Of a stretch of DNA of 64,000 nucleotides, positions 62,540 through 64,000 are shown in pieces (the first letter of the stretch is position 1; each line of letters starts with the position of its first letter). The position numbers were made by a program, and so were the translations under genes. The DNA lies in NCBI GenBank assembly GCA_024137785.1, contig JAHRHZ010000069.1:11640653-11704652 (forward strand), given 5' to 3'. The notes under the pieces are model-generated. The model was not told where the DNA came from and made no database searches. It saw only the letters and a list, made by a program, of their open reading frames with translations. The stretch comes from Ginglymostoma cirratum (taxonomy: Eukaryota).

Positions 62540-63294
62540 CCCTCTTTGTATGAGGACCCCGGTCCTGTTGGTTATGCTGGTTTGAGTGCATGTCCCAGGC
62601 ATATTTCAAATGAGTTGAAGTTTTCTGCATTTATTCCCCTTTGAGACAATGGTTCCAGCATCCTGCCACCCTCTGGGTGATTTTTTTAAAATGCTCATTT
62701 TCACTATAATTGTTCCAACAATGACTTTAAAATCTCTGTGCCTCCCCCACCCCAACCCCCTCCAGTCGCTAATCTCTTTCCTAAAATACACGTGCCGTTT
62801 CAATCCACTGTAATAATTTAGCACTCTGATGGGGGGAGTGGTGAGTCTGCAGTTGGGCTAAAATATTATAGTTTTCAAGAAGGAGTTAGATATCGCAAAG
62901 ATTGAAATGATAGGCCAAATTAAGTTCAAGATGGGATGTGATCTGCTGAGTTTTGATCAGTTTGGATTTATGGACTGAAAATCTGACACTGTATGCACTG
63001 GAGAAATGAATAAACATGGAAAGGAGGTTGGCAGCAGTATCAGTAAAACAGGAGTTAGACTGGCTGATACTACGGAAGTGGGAGTTAGCTGTCTTGGTTA
63101 TCATTTGGATGCATCATTAGCTTTTCAGCTGTGGGTGAAATAGCACGTCAATCTTCACCAAAGGGAAATTATTGAATAAGAGGATAAAAAGGGCTGAGGA
63201 AACCTCATTGTGGAACATTGTATAGTGGTGCTAGTATGGGGAAGGAAGCTGTTATTTAATTATGACTATGGTGAGCAATCCATCTGTGACAGTG

Positions 63295-63570
63295 AAACAA
63301 AGAACTGCACATGCTGAAATCTGAAACTGAAACAGAATTGCTGGAGAAACTCAATAGTTTGGGCAGCATCTTTGAGGAGAAAACAGTTAATGGTTCAAGT
63401 CCAGTGACTCTTCAGAACTGATAGCAGCTCAGAAAAAAGTGGTATTTATGCTGAAGATGAGGGGAAGGTGCCAGATGGCGAGATGAGTGGACAGGTGGAG
63501 ATGGGGGCCAGAGATACAGAAATGAAAGGGGCGGACAGACAGGGGATTGTTGAGATTAAGACAGGATGGA
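63295..63570 (-). mobile_element. pLTR fragment of the second Penelope-like family
   Basis: Homologous to 48715-48880. Minus strand reads CAGTT-CTGAAGA-GTC(actg)GAC-TT-GAAC-CATT-AACTG. Confidence 0.6.
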
Positions 63571-63574
63571 AGAC

Positions 63575-64000
63575 TAGGGCTGCGGATGATTGCTCCTTGA
63601 AAGTAGAGTCTCTGATAGACAAGGTGGTGAAGAAGGCGTTTGGAAAACTTGCCTTCATTGGTTAGTACATTGAGTATAGGAGTTGCAGCCACCATGTTGT
63701 GGCTGTACAGGACATTGGTGAGGCCACTTTTAGAATACTACATTCACTTCTGGTCTCCCTGAGAGAGGAAAGATGTTGTGAAACCTGAAAGGGCTCAGGA
63801 AAGATTTGCAAGGATGTTGCCAGGATGGGAGGGTTTGAGCTATGTGACTGAATAGGCAAGGCTGTTTTCCTTGGAGCATCGGAGGCTGAGGGGCGACCTT
63901 ATAGAAGTTTATAAAATCATGAGGAGTGTGGATAGGGTAAATAGCCGAGGTCTTTTTCCCAGGGTAGGGGACTCCAAAACTAGAGAGCATAGGTTTAAGG
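63575..64000 (+). mobile_element. CR1 LINE ORF2 3' part (runs off the window)
   Basis: LKVESLIDKVVKKAFGKLAFIG..LYRTLVRPLLEY..RLRGDLIEVYKIM. Confidence 0.9.

Overview
This is eukaryotic genomic DNA, very probably from a cartilaginous fish (inferred from HE1-type V-SINEs, a SacSINE1-like DeuSINE and the CR1/Penelope repeat content). The window lies inside one + strand gene of the L1 family of Ig cell-adhesion molecules, best matching CHL1, with L1CAM not excluded. Six constitutive exons (112/185/132/144/112/167 nt, Ig3-Ig5) splice in frame. A 54-nt symmetric cassette exon for the Ig2-Ig3 linker precedes them. After 24889 I found no further exon for 39 kb. The introns are packed with mobile DNA: GIY-YIG Penelope elements carrying minimal hammerhead-ribozyme-like motifs, CR1 LINEs, a second LINE family with a partner SINE built from its two ends, V-SINEs, a DeuSINE, Gypsy gag/pol remnants, Harbinger Myb/SANT remnants and a very diverged HARBI1-like transposase fossil. 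Repeat boundaries are read by eye and approximate, and family comparisons rely on recalled sequences rather than database searches.
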